From contig NW_019028981.1 in assembly GCF_002105155.1 (NCBI RefSeq), positions 1 through 64,000 on the forward strand: a stretch of 64,000 nucleotides of DNA, in the 5' to 3' direction. The position numbers and the translations under genes are program-made. Below are positions 27,155 through 42,666 of this stretch, one piece after another; the stretch's first letter is position 1, and each line of letters opens with the position of its first letter. Source of the DNA: Lobosporangium transversale. Its lineage: Eukaryota. The notes under the pieces were generated by a model. That model was not told the DNA's origin and ran no database searches. It worked only from the letters and a program-made list of their open reading frames with translations.

Positions 27155-29215
27155 TTACTTCTTCTCCTTCTTCTCTTTCTTGTCCTTCTTATCCTTCTTC
27201 TCTTTCTTATCCTTCTTCTCCTTCTTTTCCTTCTTCTCTTCCTTTTCTTCTTCCTTATCCTTCTTCTCCTTCTTCTCCTTCTTGTCCTTCTTCTCTTCCT
27301 TCTTGGCCTTCTTGTTGCTGGATTCGTCATCTGATTCAACTTTGCGCTTCTTATCTGATTCTGATGCAGACTTCATGGTGACATCTGCAGAGGTATTGTA
27401 TGATGAAGTCGCAACAAACTCATGTTTCTTCTGATTCTTGGCCGCACCTGCCTTCTTGCGGTCCGCACCTGTGTTGTTGCTACCAGAGCGACCCTCGAGC
27501 ATACGGAGGCGGGCCTCAACCTTGCCACGGTTTTCAATACCAATCTCTGGAGAGTCAGTCTCGCCAAGGGCATCAACTCTGACAGAAAGTGCAGCTTTGG
27601 TAGCAACCATACGGGCAATCTTACCCTTCATCTTGGGACCAGCCTGACCGATTAATGAAGCGTGGTAGATCAAACCATATTTGGGTGTGTCGTGCTTGGT
27701 CTTCAAGGCACGGAAGAGTGCCTTCTCAGCACCAAGAATCTGAATAGTCGAGGCAGGGTGCTTTGCGAGTGTCATCAAGGAACCGGCATGGGCAATCAAA
27801 CGAGCACCAACAAGGTCACCGACGAGGGCAGTCAAGTTGGGAGCAATGGCATTCATTCGGTTCTTAAGATACTCGTAGAGCTGAGTACGATATTCAGTGA
27901 TAGAGATGATCTGGTCGCAAAGTGCATGAATATTTTCCAAATCCTCCTCAGAGATCTCAGTTCCCATGGAAATCTCAGAGGCCTCCTTGACCTCTTCCTC
28001 AAGCTCCTCAGGAAGAATGTCCGAAAGATCAGTCTTTGAGCAATTGGTGCGGAAGCCCATCTTCCTCACAATCTTGGCGTAAGCCAAGTTATCAACAATC
28101 AATTTGGTCATCTCAGGGAAGTGCCAACCATACCATTCCTTCACACGCATAGCATAGGTGTTCAATTCCTTATCGAGGTCATCCAAGAGAGCAATAGCCT
28201 GAACAATCATGGTATCAACTTTGTCGGGCGAGAACTTGAGTTTATAGCGGGAAAGAGAATGGGACAGACCTAAAACCATTGCCGACAAATCCGATGATGA
28301 CAATCCAGAAAGAAGAGAATCCAATTGCGTACGGATACCGCGATACAAATCAAGAGTGGTCGAATCAGAGATGACCTTCATGTTGAGCTTCTTGGCAATG
28401 GCACCACCTGGTTAAAACAAATGACAATAATACCAAAAGAAAGAAGAGAAAGAAAAAAAGAGAAAAAATAAAAAAGCCATTTCGTTAACTCAAGTCAAAG
28501 AGGAAGAGGAAAATAGAGCATGTCAATCGTGGTAGGATAAAATTCCTGTCACGTACCAAGCTTGGCGTCACCAACAATAAGCGATTCCTTCTTCATCTCC
28601 TTCTCGCTGATCTCCTTTGACAAGAACTCCTTCAAGTTCTTGGAGAGCTTGCCTTCGACTAGGGCAGTGACGGCAGACAAAGCATCAGTTGTATTTTCGA
28701 ACTTGCTGAAAGTACGGAGTTTCACACTACATAATACAAAGATAAAAAAAAAAAAAAAAAAAAAAGTTATTGACCGCAATTAATTGCTGTTAAAAAAGAG
28801 GAATGATATATTAAAGCAGGGACAGATGCAAATTAGGTAGTTGAATGAACCATTCCGATAGAGGGATTATTGCAGTTGTAAAGTATCTGAATAACAGACC
28901 AAGAGAGAATTGAACACTAAACAATTGCATAGCTGATTAAATCATTTCGAATGAAATATGTGTCAAATTATGTATTAAATGTAAATGAAAGACAAAGGAG
29001 GTGTTTCGGTCATAGACTGTTGGGGATTTTGATCAATGGATTGTAGCTGAGGCTGGTCTTGTTGTTTGATTGTTGAATGAAAATGAATCTTACGTCTTTT
29101 TGGCCTGTTCCGGAGTCTCAAAGCTCTTCCAGATGGAATCAGGCTTCTCGAGCTTTCCCTCATCGAGAAGGGTAAACAGAGCATATCCTGCAGGAGTCTC
29201 GTAGAGGACCAACAT
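27155..29215 (-). CDS. NOP58: Box C/D snoRNP core protein Nop58, 3 exons, with KKE/D tail
   Basis: [14 protein letters not shown]..., [60 protein letters not shown]. Confidence 0.95.
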
Positions 29216-29426
29216 TGTATTTGTCAATGAATATGCGGTCGAGAAGGAGATGAGTGATGAAGGATTAGGACAGAGAGAATAAAAAAAAAGGATCAGTACT
29301 CTATTGTGTGTTTATTTTTTGCTTTTTCTTTTTTTTTTTTTCTCAAAGCAGTCCCATTTTGATTTTCTATAAATTAGCTACATTAGTTTTTATTTAAGGG
29401 TTATTCAAAAATCTTTTTTTTTTTTT

Positions 29427-32076
<2,650 letters not shown>

Positions 32077-33357
32077 GAAAATATTCAGTTGTAATTAGAC
32101 GCAATTATACAAATTTGCCAGCATTGTTCTGTCCGACATTGTTCATGCGCACAGGACATGCAGCTGAATGAATCACACTTACACAAGCTTTCCTTTAGCT
32201 TGACTACTGCTGTTGTGGGCCATAATATGAGTTGTTGTAAATTATAAAATGCTGTATATTGGTGGGGTTGGGTTTGGTATAGACAATAGTAATGACCGGG
32301 CTGAGAAAGAGAGAAAGAGATTAGAAAAGTTCTGGGGACGTGAGCGAATGCGCCAGCCCGCCTTTTATAGTTTCTGCGGCATGGAACACAGGCGAAGCAA
32401 TGAATTTGCCCTTTAGAAAGCGCCACCACCACCAAAAAAGTCAATGTGCCAGAAGTTCTATAATGAGTAAGAGCTGTCTCTAAGTCTTTGTTCTGTGATA
32501 TTCCATGGCTATCATTCATCATTCCTATAGGTTTGTCATCAATGCCAATCAACTTCACACAACTGGTTGGCACATTGGTGCATTTGTGAAGCATGTGTTC
32601 AACAATGTCTAAAGATTAAAAACATTTGACGAAATAAACCTCGAAAACGTGACCGACATCTAGACAGTCCGCAGACGAAGATTTCGGCAAAGAGAGCGGA
32701 TACGTGGCAAGCGGCCAACAGACACCCTCCCCCCCCCCCCAAATGCTGGTATCCATCATAAAGGAGCTAGATCACATCATGTATAAGACTTGCTGATAAC
32801 TGGCTGGCAAATCGTCTTAGGAGCAAAATAAGCAGTACGGACTAATATCGCAGTAAGATTCGAAACATCGTCGAGGCAAGACAGAACGCGGTCAACTTTG
32901 GGATGCGATGCTGGGCGTGTAAAGGTCCTGGGCCTGGGCCTTGGCTAGGTATACGTCGTTGGGCCTGTGAGTGTCTTTTACATGAGCACTACGTTATGAA
33001 ATAAGCAGAAAAGAAGTGAAAAAAGAAGAGGAAGCCGAGTATAGAGCAAGTACAAACTAGCTGCTCAAGAAAATCTATGGATGCATCGGCCCGTAAAAAC
33101 ACAATTCTAACAAGGCCATTATGAGAATGATTCGCTCCAACTCTACTTCGTGAAAGGAAAATAAAAGCAGCTTTCATTTATTGTTATTGTGTTGCACTTT
33201 GTACAATTTTCCCTCACAAAGGCGACGTATTAGTGAAGCCAGGCCTCTAAATTTATTTGAGGAAATCTTTTTGTGTAAGAGTGCAGTCATTCTTTCTCTC
33301 TTTCTTTACAATTTTTTATCCACTATTCATCCATATACTGAAGTAGATCATCAAACA

Positions 33358-35046
33358 ATGTCTAACAACCAGTCTCCACAATCGAAGCTTAAAGATTTAG
33401 TCAAGGAGCAGACTGCTGTTGGCAAGTGGTTGCCTCCGTTAAAGCGAAGATCTTCAAGGAAACTATCCCTCAGGCATAGCGGGTTACGAAAGTCATTTTC
33501 CTTAGTCGATAAAGCAGATTTCATTGCAACTGTTGATGGACTACGAGCAAAAGGATTTAAAGTCTCCATTGCCTCTATTGGAGCGGGGTTTGGCATGAGC
33601 CCCAGCACGGCACGAGAGATTTATTGTCGAAGGAAGGAGTATGTTCAAGACGTGAAATCCCTTCCCCTACTGGCTAGTCAAGCAGTCAAGCGCAAAACTA
33701 GTCGAAATATGAAACCTATAGAAGATGCCTTGATGGAATGGTATGCTGCCGAAAGGAATCTCGATCTCAATGTCACCGATAACCGCCTACGGGGGACAGC
33801 AGCGACAATTTGGACTGAAATGAAGCCCTTCTTTCTTCCGGATCAAGCACCCAAACAGTGCTATTTTTCGAAAGGATGGCTCCACCGCTTTAAAAATAGG
33901 AATGGCCTTATTGGGCATGGTGAAAGTGACTCAGCGGACCTGGAGATTGTGAAGGATCGCATCGAGACTATTAAAGCCAAGCTTACCGATTTCAAACTTG
34001 ACGATATCTATAATTGTGATGAGACAGGTCTCTTCCTCACAGCTATGTCCAACAGAACGCATGAGGCCGCACCTATTCGTGGAAAGAAGATCGTTCGGTC
34101 AGCTAGAGTCTCAATCCTGCTCTGCAGTAATTCAACGGGGTCTGACAAGCGCAAGCCTTTGGTGCTTGCCATGCACTGTCCAATGGGTCTGACCAGGACC
34201 ATCTTCAAGACGATTGACGCAGACTTTTCTGGCAAGGGTTATATGCAACAACCAATGTTCATTAAGTGGCTGAGGCAACTGGACGATGATATGCAGGAAC
34301 AGGGCCGTCGCATTGCTCTCTTAATTGATAGTGCATCAGCACACAAGGACTGTGAGGCAATTGAACTCAAGAGCATCACGATCATTCGGCTCCCTCCGAA
34401 CACGACGGCAATGACACAGCCTTTAGATGTAGGCGTTATAAGATCGTTCAAAGCTCTTTATAGCAATAGTATGCTTGAAGTCGTGGCGCGTGTAAGGGCA
34501 AAGAGAAAATCAGCTAATGCTCTGCCATCCAACGCGACATTTTGGTCATGTATCGCTAGAGCTTGGGAATCAGTGACTTCAGCTTGCATCCGTAGTTGCT
34601 TTGCTAAGGCTCCTATCTTGACCTTCGAACAAAGGAGCCGTTTGCATTGGCTTGGAATCGAGTCAAAAGCAGATCATATCTCCAAACTTCAAGATAAGCT
34701 TGCTAACCAATATAGTGGAGACAGAGAGGAGGGCACCAAACAAAGGGAGACTAATGTGCTTAACTATCTCATCATGAACTACTGTGAAGGACCTTCTGAG
34801 ATGATTAACGATGCTGTCCATAAGATAATGACTTCTGAAAAGTACAGACACCGTTTCATTCCCCACGCAGAAGACGATATCATTTACGAAGGTGATGAGG
34901 ATGATGTCGATTATAATATCAGCCTTTCTGAATTAAGTTGCCAAGACTCCGTGCGATCTGAAAGCCGCATCGAGGATGTGTTTGAGTCCCCTCCTTCAAG
35001 TCCAACTATACATGATTATCAAGAGATAAATGAAGAGAGCCGATGA
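33358..35046 (+). mobile_element. pogo/Tigger-family (CENP-B-like) DDE_1 transposase ORF, intronless; no TIRs found
   Basis: Two N-terminal HTH regions (SLVDK...GFGMSPSTAREI; IEDALMEW...FSKGWLHRFKNRNG); catalytic triad YNCDETG / LLIDSASAH / QPLDVGVI (DD32D spacing). Confidence 0.88.
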
Positions 35047-35865
35047 AGAACTATTTGGAGTTTATGAACGCTCGACACGAAATCGATAGCCCTCATCTGA
35101 TGAAGCGCTGGGTCGCTGTACAAAGACATTTGGAGTTATTTAATGAATATCGCCACTTATTGAGAGAGAATCAACAGATGAAGGAAGGAGGGAGGGAATT
35201 GAATTAGAATGGAAGACATAATAAAGTTTCATTAAACTGAAGCGAAACAGGCTCGGTTTCAACAAACCGACGGCTAGTGAGAAACACTGTACATGTAGTA
35301 AATGCAAAAATATATTTCATCACAACGTCCATTCTGTCCAGCTCGTGATTACGAAGAGACAATATCCGTGGATGAAACAAAGAGCACCGCCAGCCACAAG
35401 CACAGACGCACAGCCGAGTCTGGGTCAGAGCACAGCACCGGATCGTGGCCAGAGCTTCAAGTGGTAGCACCTTTGCGCGGCTTAAATTTTTGTCATTTCG
35501 TGTAACCACAGCTTGAAAGTTGCACAGTTCCTGCCCTCGGTGACGTGATCTAACTTTTTTTAATGTGCATGCATTGGATTGCCCTCAGAAGGGTCGGGAA
35601 TCATCGCAAAAATGTGCTCACTTATGCCCATGGCTCACACTATCACGCTATTTTCTTTTTTTTTTCTCCTATCTTCATTCTCCACTAACGCCTCGTCAAT
35701 CGCACCTGCCGCATTCATGCACTAGTTTACTCATTTCTATTGCCATCATCATAACTGACTCTTCATCATTTTAATATCTAATCTTAAATCTGATCAACTT
35801 GCCTCTCTCTGTTTCCTGTTCCTCTCTCTCCTCTCTTTTTATTTGCATCTTGCCTCAGGATAACC

Positions 35866-38814
35866 ATGGAAACACAACATGTGTCAAACCCATGGCAACA
35901 ACAGCAAAGACAATTCAATAAGCAGGACATTTACAATATGAATTCGACTAAAAATAACTCCTTCCCACTAACTGATGAAGAGACTCGCTCGTTTGATGAC
36001 TTTTTTGAAGACCATAAAAAAGTCTTTTATCAGTCGCAGCAACTCTTGCAACAATTAAAACAACAACAACAGCAGCATCTTCAGAAAAATACCACTGAAC
36101 ATCAGTTTAATAGGGACAATGGAAGTGAATATGACGACGAGGACGGTGAGACAGACAGTCAAGACACTGCCTGGAGCCGACTAGGAATGGAATCACCTCT
36201 GAACCAGTCCACTTCTACTCTTACAGATTCAACCACAGTATTCCTAATGACAGATTCAAAGTTTGACAAGGAGGTAATAATAGATACTAAACAATCCACT
36301 GAGAGTTTTATTATTATAAGTATGCACGTTAGCCTCCTTGCCCGCCACTCATTTATGTCGCGATCATTGTCTTCCACCCTTTCCCCGTGTTCTCCTATAT
36401 CCCATGTTCTCTTTGTTATTTCTCTCATCCTTTGTTTTAACACATATAATCAAAAAGGGATCTTTCCACTTGCCATTCCTTCAATCTATCTTTCAACAGA
36501 GCTATTTGCATTGATATAATTGCTCCACTACTTTATCCTACAATCTTTAAATAGTCATAATATTGGTTTTAACACCGTTGTTATATCGTCCCTTTATCTA
36601 GGGGGATGTCCTTGAATTGTTGGTCCAAACACTTCAGTCCGAAGTAAAGGACACTCGGGCTACAGTTCACGACCTCGAAACAAGACTGAATTTGTAAGCA
36701 ATGTTAATAATATGAATGTTGTTGCTCAAATGGTGATAAATCTCTAGCACATGCTCTTATTAACTTGCCCTATCACTTTTTACAGGGCTGAAGACTCTAA
36801 TAAGCGCATTGTAGAAGAGCTCAAAATGCTTCTTGCAGAGTAAGTAACAGGAGGGAAAAGTTTTGTAGTTTTCGACTGAAAGGGGAATTGGGACTGAGCG
36901 CACCAGGCGTGAGACTTCGACTACTTGGCCGTGATCGAGCGGGCTTATTTTTTTTTTTTTTTTTTTTTTTGCTTTTACTTTGAACTGAATTGTCAATGAC
37001 AAATCTTGAATAAGCGCTAATTCGTGACCAGAGTGTGTGAGTGAAAGCGCAATGTGCTCTTGTTGGGGAGAGATGGAGATTCCTCCCTGTACCACCTCAG
37101 TGTTAAGATCTCTTCTCTCGCTCTTGGCAATGGCACGCTGTTTTGAAGAAAAAAAAAAAAAAAAAAAAATAGTGAAAACTGAGCCCGATTTGCTGTTGAA
37201 CCACACCAAGAGGAATCAATGTTTGCATGCGCATGTGCCACTTGAATGTCAATGCAATAATACTCATACTCCACTGTACCACCTTCCACCACATGGGGAG
37301 TATAATTAATCAGTGCAGCTCTTGGCACCAACACATATGCTTACTATTGTTCATATTTGCAATTTTTTTTTTCCCTTGGTATTTTTTCTTACCATTATCC
37401 TTTTCTAATGGCATCTGTTAAATGTATCTCTGTACACTCACTCAGAGCCGAAATGACGCTACAAAATGCCGGAGAAGCAATTAACAACAGCGACAATAAC
37501 GGTACTTCATCCATTGGACGGAGCACGGAGGGCGATGAAGATTCCAATGTTGTTTATAATCGAATTTGTGTTTCATTACAATTACTGATTGATGAAGCCC
37601 AGACAGCCCTTCAGAAAAATTCATCTATGAAGCAGTTTTCCACTTCCGAGGCAAAGGCACGGCAGACACCAACGGAAAGTCATTTGAAATTAGACTGGAC
37701 AATTATGCACAGTGGCGTTATAGACAATGTTGGCTCCAAACATGAATTACCTAGTCGTAGACCCGCCAGAAATTCACTCACACTTCTTACTGCAACCAAG
37801 ATGCAGGATAGCAACTCTTCAATCCTAGAGCCCTCCGATTACTCCCCACTCTCGTTTTATTCTGCTAATGACGAAGTCTCGAGAATATACTGGAGGCAGA
37901 AGCATGATGAGCAACATGATCGCTATAGGAAATCATGTCAAAGACTTACATTGGAGTTGGACGAACGGTTTCACGGTCTGACGACGGATTCTGATGACTC
38001 TGAGGCAAACTTTGGATCTTTAACACGACGATCAAAAGGCAGTTCATCAAATCTATCATTATCATCACTAACACAATCAAGTACGCCCCCAACGCCCACA
38101 TCATCATCGCAACCGTTGCAGGGTATCCTACGATCCTCCAAAACAGATGAACGCAGGAAGGAACGACTCAAGAAAAAATATCAGGTTCAATTCTTGAACC
38201 CTGACATTGATGGATCAAATTCCCGACAGGATACAATGTTATCCACATCGTCTTACCGACAACAAAAAACACAAGGACAACAGCCAGAAGAGGCGCGCCA
38301 GCAGCTGATGCAACGGCAATATACCAGTCGGAGTGTTGGGTCGAATCGGTCTCGAGGCGTACTTTTGCAACTGTATGAACTTTGGCAGCAGACATGGCTG
38401 CGGACACGGATTATGCATGTTGTTACAGGATCTGTAGAGATCGTGATTATTATCTGGGTGGTGATCAAGGCGAGCCGTGCAACGCTAACATGGTTTGGAA
38501 TCCAACCCTCGAGCATGAATCAACTAATCACGTTTGTCTATGGATACCGCAATGAAGCTGATACAGGAGCCAAACAACTCTATGAAAAGATTCGCAAGGA
38601 TGGCTTGCGTCTAACTCAACTCAAGACGTGGAACCGAGGCGAACCAGAATCATTGGTCCAAGATGTGGTGGCAGGCGCTGTCACATTACCAGGTTTGCTT
38701 TCGCCTTCAAATTTGGTGTATGGTCCTGCAAAGAAAGTAGTGGGACATGCAGTATCAGGCGTGGCCCTTGCGCTTCTGTCAGGTGGCGCCCGACGTCTGA
38801 TCAGGAAACTGTAA
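35866..38814 (+). CDS. Hypothetical protein with coiled coil and C-terminal hydrophobic segments, 4 exons
   Basis: Exons 35866-36272, from 36602, from ~36786 and 37446-38814 join in frame (LQSEVKDTRATVHDLETRLNLAEDSNKRIVEELKMLLAE|AEM); TM-like VEIVIIIWVVIKA. Confidence 0.7.
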
Positions 38815-39098
38815 CCATGAAATATTCCCCTTTCCATCTTCGCATTCATCCTCACTTGTAAATAGTTTATCACAACCATCGTCATCATCATCATTTAATA
38901 GCATTGCTTTCTTTTTTTCCCCATCAAATATCAAATGTTACAGTAAACATTTATTACTATTATTATACCAATAATGTACAAGGGGCATGCATGCGAAAAA
39001 AATGTAGGCTTTTTTTTTTTTTTTTTTTTTTTTTTGGCAGACGAATAAGTGGAGAGATGACACAATCAATATGACGACAAATGAGAAAAAAAAAACCG

Positions 39099-40637
39099 CT
39101 ACAGTGCGCCACCAGAAACCCAGAAACGTCTTGTAATAGTCTCATATCGATCAACAACCTGACCACCATTTGGAAAGTCCCATCCTTCCATGTATTTGCT
39201 GTGATTCAGTCTCGTGCTCCTCGAACCGGATGCATCAGCATCCCGTCCTTGACCGCCTTGGACTTCAACGACGACCATCTGAACCTTAAGGCGATAAAAT
39301 GCTGGAGGGACACGATCATGGATTTGCAGATACTGAAATCTTGTCTCTGCAGGAATATTTCTCGCAAGAACCGAAACAGGTACCAAGGTCTGGTCCTGCA
39401 CCAGCTCAGCTAACACTTTAGCAACGAATGTCTTGTCATTATTATGAAGTGCAGGGTTGTTTCTTTGATCGATGGCTTTGTCCGTCATTAGACGAAGGCG
39501 TGCTTGTGTGTATTCCAAGAGCTCTACAACACGTGAGGGGACTTTCCATTCGAGGGTATAGGGCGTCAAGGTGTAGACCTTTTGATGGAGACCAAAAGTG
39601 TGCTCCAGTTCGATTGGTTGCGCCACATTGGGATATTCTTGACGAAACTCGTCTGGAGAGAACTCAAAAGGTTGATCCTCTTTATGACCTTTGTAATAGT
39701 CTTCATTGTTGATATCGAGATGGGATGAAGAAGATGAGGAAGATGTAGTAGAGGATGGGGACGAAGATGAAGAGGAATACGAGGAAGTCATGATGTCGCG
39801 TTCAACTCTGCGAGACCGACGGGCAATGCTGATATCGGATCGACGAAGGATTGATGGGATACCGTTATCATTATTGGGCTCTGTGATGGTGCCTCCCGTT
39901 GATGTTTGGGATGCTTTGGTCGTTGTTGTTGCTGTGGAAGTGAACGATGCTATTGTTGTTGACTCTGAAATGATAGAAGGTTCTTGAGCTTTTGATTCAA
40001 TTGTCGCAGGTTTCTGACTACGCCCATGATAGAGCTCAAGTACCAGCACATAGGAGCCATCTTCAGAAATCTTGGAGGGAACCCAAACTTGGGCACTGCC
40101 CTTCCGAAATGGGATGAAACGTTTCAGAGAAAAGAGCTTTTTGTTGGATTTTGAGTCGACAAGGATGATATCCACTGTGGTATCCTTGGGTAGCCTGCGA
40201 GCATATTTTTTTGACCACTTTACAGATTCAATTGAGCCTGCATGCCAGACGGAATTTGAGTCTGGAAGTAGAAGCAACGGCGGCTCTTCTCCTGCATATT
40301 TCGATGTTGCTATGACCGAGGAAGTAATCTTGTCTGCACGTTTTATTTTGGATGATGCTGTTGGTGATGGACCAGTGGACAATTTGCTGTTACTTTTGTT
40401 GCTCCTATTGTTTTTGCTGTTATTTGATTTGTTCTCTGCATGTGCTTTTGCTGAGCGAGCCTCTCTGACATAATGGTGTGACCGATGTTGTTGTTGTTGT
40501 TGGCGCTGAGATAATGGACTTTCAAGTGAAGTTGGCTTTGAGGGGTGTGCTGGTAGGGCATGAGTAAAGGTCGAAAAGAGATTGATGGCTACTACCAGAT
40601 TAAGACTGAGAAGGAGCGCAGGCTGTGAGAACTTCAT
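39099..40637 (-). CDS. Secreted Ser/Thr-rich protein with two Kre9/KNH-like Ig-type domains
   Basis: Signal peptide MKFSQPALLLSLNLVVAINLFSTFTHA; PDSNSVWHAGSIESVKW; Ser/Thr linker; dibasic sites; intronless 512-aa ORF. Confidence 0.7.
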   Translation of the reverse strand: MKFSQPALLLSLNLVVAINLFSTFTHALPAHPSKPTSLESPLSQRQQQQQHRSHHYVREARSAKAHAENKSNNSKNNRSNKSNSKLSTGPSPTASSKIKRADKITSSVIATSKYAGEEPPLLLLPDSNSVWHAGSIESVKWSKKYARRLPKDTTVDIILVDSKSNKKLFSLKRFIPFRKGSAQVWVPSKISEDGSYVLVLELYHGRSQKPATIESKAQEPSIISESTTIASFTSTATTTTKASQTSTGGTITEPNNDNGIPSILRRSDISIARRSRRVERDIMTSSYSSSSSSPSSTTSSSSSSSHLDINNEDYYKGHKEDQPFEFSPDEFRQEYPNVAQPIELEHTFGLHQKVYTLTPYTLEWKVPSRVVELLEYTQARLRLMTDKAIDQRNNPALHNNDKTFVAKVLAELVQDQTLVPVSVLARNIPAETRFQYLQIHDRVPPAFYRLKVQMVVVEVQGGQGRDADASGSRSTRLNHSKYMEGWDFPNGGQVVDRYETITRRFWVSGGAL

Positions 40638-40701
40638 AGCTTCTATTATACTTTGATGTCAGGGCAGGGACGAGAAAAGGATTAATGTTTCAAAAATGGG
40701 G

Positions 40702-40734
<33 letters not shown>

Positions 40735-42209
40735 GGAATGTCAATGAATGAGTAATGGCGAATGGTAGATGAGGAAGGAAGACAATGGTGGGAAGAAAGT
40801 AGGAAAAGGAAAAGAGAAAAAGAAAGGAGTATAGTGTAAAGAAGTAAAGAAGCTAAAAAAGAGGCGAAGTCTGTTCTTTGTTAAAAAATGATTGAAATAG
40901 TATGAAATATGTAAAAAATATATATATTAAATGCCGAAAGAAGCCCATTTAGTCCAGGTGGAACAACATTATTGCAGCGATCGCTGTGCTCTGAAAATAG
41001 ATTGCAGGTTCAACAAACAACTTATCCAAGGTTGGTAATAGCGACGACAACCTGTCTCAGGATAAATACTCTTTGGAAAACAGAAAAGGCACTATGATGC
41101 CCATAGACTCACTTTCCTTACAGTTACGCTGGCTCATTGAGTCGGTGTTGTGGATAGATCAGTCCCAGATCTCTTTCCTCCGCCCATCAAGCTAAGTCAG
41201 TTGCAATTAAATGACTTCAATAGACGACGATAAAGTATAAATCAGATTCAGGTTCATCATTTTAATAACTGTCTTTTCGCTTCTGGGAGGGTACCGAAAC
41301 ATGTGTATGATAGCCATATTTTTTAAATACAGCACTTAAAAGCAATCAACCTTGATGTGTACTAAGGGATGGAATGTACTATTTATCTAACCAATCAGCC
41401 AAGCAATAGATTAACAGAAAGAGAAGAGGTACTATTGAAGAAACGGAAAAGTAGTACATGAGGTACATAATACGATGGGTTTGGAAAAATAATGTCCACC
41501 TGGCTCTGCCTGTTCTAGCACTTGGCTTTTCTCCTTATTTTTTACAGGATAAAGAGTATATATAGAGGTGACCAAAATTGTCAAAGGTCTTTCCAAATTT
41601 ATTTACTTGTGGATACTATCAACATAATGTACACACCATCCTTGTCATTTCTTCCAGTTTGCGCTAAATGGCTGCATGCCTTGATGTGCTGCGTTTTTTA
41701 GTGCTCCTAGTACATGTACATGGATTGGAGGTTTTCAAATTGGAGAATGTATAAATTTTCAAACAATTGAGGGATAGAAATAGGCTAATGACCGAGAATG
41801 AACCATTTGTGGAGGATTCAAATCCCTGTGAGCCCTTTCCTTCGACTGCTGTAACGGGTATCAAAAGAATAATAAATTGCAATTTACCCAAACTAATCTG
41901 TGACAACACTAAAAAACATTTGCAAACACATCAAACAAATCTAATGGAGAATACGAACCTTTTTCTTCTTTTCAAATATGTTGATTGTCCAATCGCGGCG
42001 TTGTCTGATCCTAGGCAGCAGGCGCGTAAGCCATCTCCTAGACCTCTAGGTTGCAAATGTGATCAAAGAGCAACCCTTAATCATCAGTACCCAGCGGCAG
42101 GGTATGAACGAAAAAAACTTCTTTTCGGCTCTTGATTTGTTATCGCGTGGAGCTTCATCAGATCCTCGTAAGGTTCAAAGTTAGGGTAGTCCTCAAAGTC
42201 ACGATTTTG

Positions 42210-42240
<31 letters not shown>

Positions 42241-42305
42241 GAAAAAGCGCCACCAAAAGCAAAGGCGATCATGACAGTGCATTACGACGATAGTTTTTTC
42301 TGTCA

Positions 42306-42314
42306 TTTGCCACC
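42306..42314 (-). promoter_or_regulatory. PACE-like element (GGTGGCAAA) upstream of the DCN1-like gene
   Basis: TTTGCCACC on + is an exact match to the yeast Rpn4 site; function here is unproven. Confidence 0.3.
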
Positions 42315-42666
42315 ACGATTCTCTTTTCTTTATTTGGCATGTTGATCTTGTTTCATTGACAATCAGCAACACGAATTCCTAAACGCACAGCACTGATTTA
42401 TTTAAGTCCATAACATCTCATCATTACGGTTCTTATATTCACTTGTTAAGCATTTCATTTCTACAATCCATACTCTCTTTTCGCGTCTTGGTGAGTACAT
42501 ACCCTAATGCGCCTGAAGTTCATTGGCCACTTCAAGCCATTCTAGACGTTAAACACATTATTTGATCTTTTGGATTGTCTTCGGTAATGACATGCACCAG
42601 TGAACTTGCTCTTTCATTGTTCCTGACGAGAGCGTTCTTTCAAACTGCATATTGGATTTTAGAATC

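Noticed and set aside
27028..27434. Arg-rich, Leu-rich and Phe/Ser-rich ORFs over the NOP58 3' end
   Set aside because: Alternate-frame and antisense shadows of the KKE/D repeat.
28730..29093. Intronic C/D snoRNA in NOP58 intron 1 (NOP58 often hosts snoRNAs)
   Set aside because: No RTGATGA/CTGA box pair on the sense strand.
29247..29254. PAC-like GAGATGAG upstream of NOP58
   Set aside because: Single short match, probably within the 5'UTR; chance occurrence is likely.
32640..35560. Terminal inverted repeats around the transposase
   Set aside because: A candidate 3' end (...CACTG-TA near 35290) has no matching upstream copy by eye.
36760..37334. Antisense ORFs inside intron 3 of the coiled-coil gene
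   Set aside because: They run through poly-T/A tracts with no recognisable domain or consistent splice pattern.
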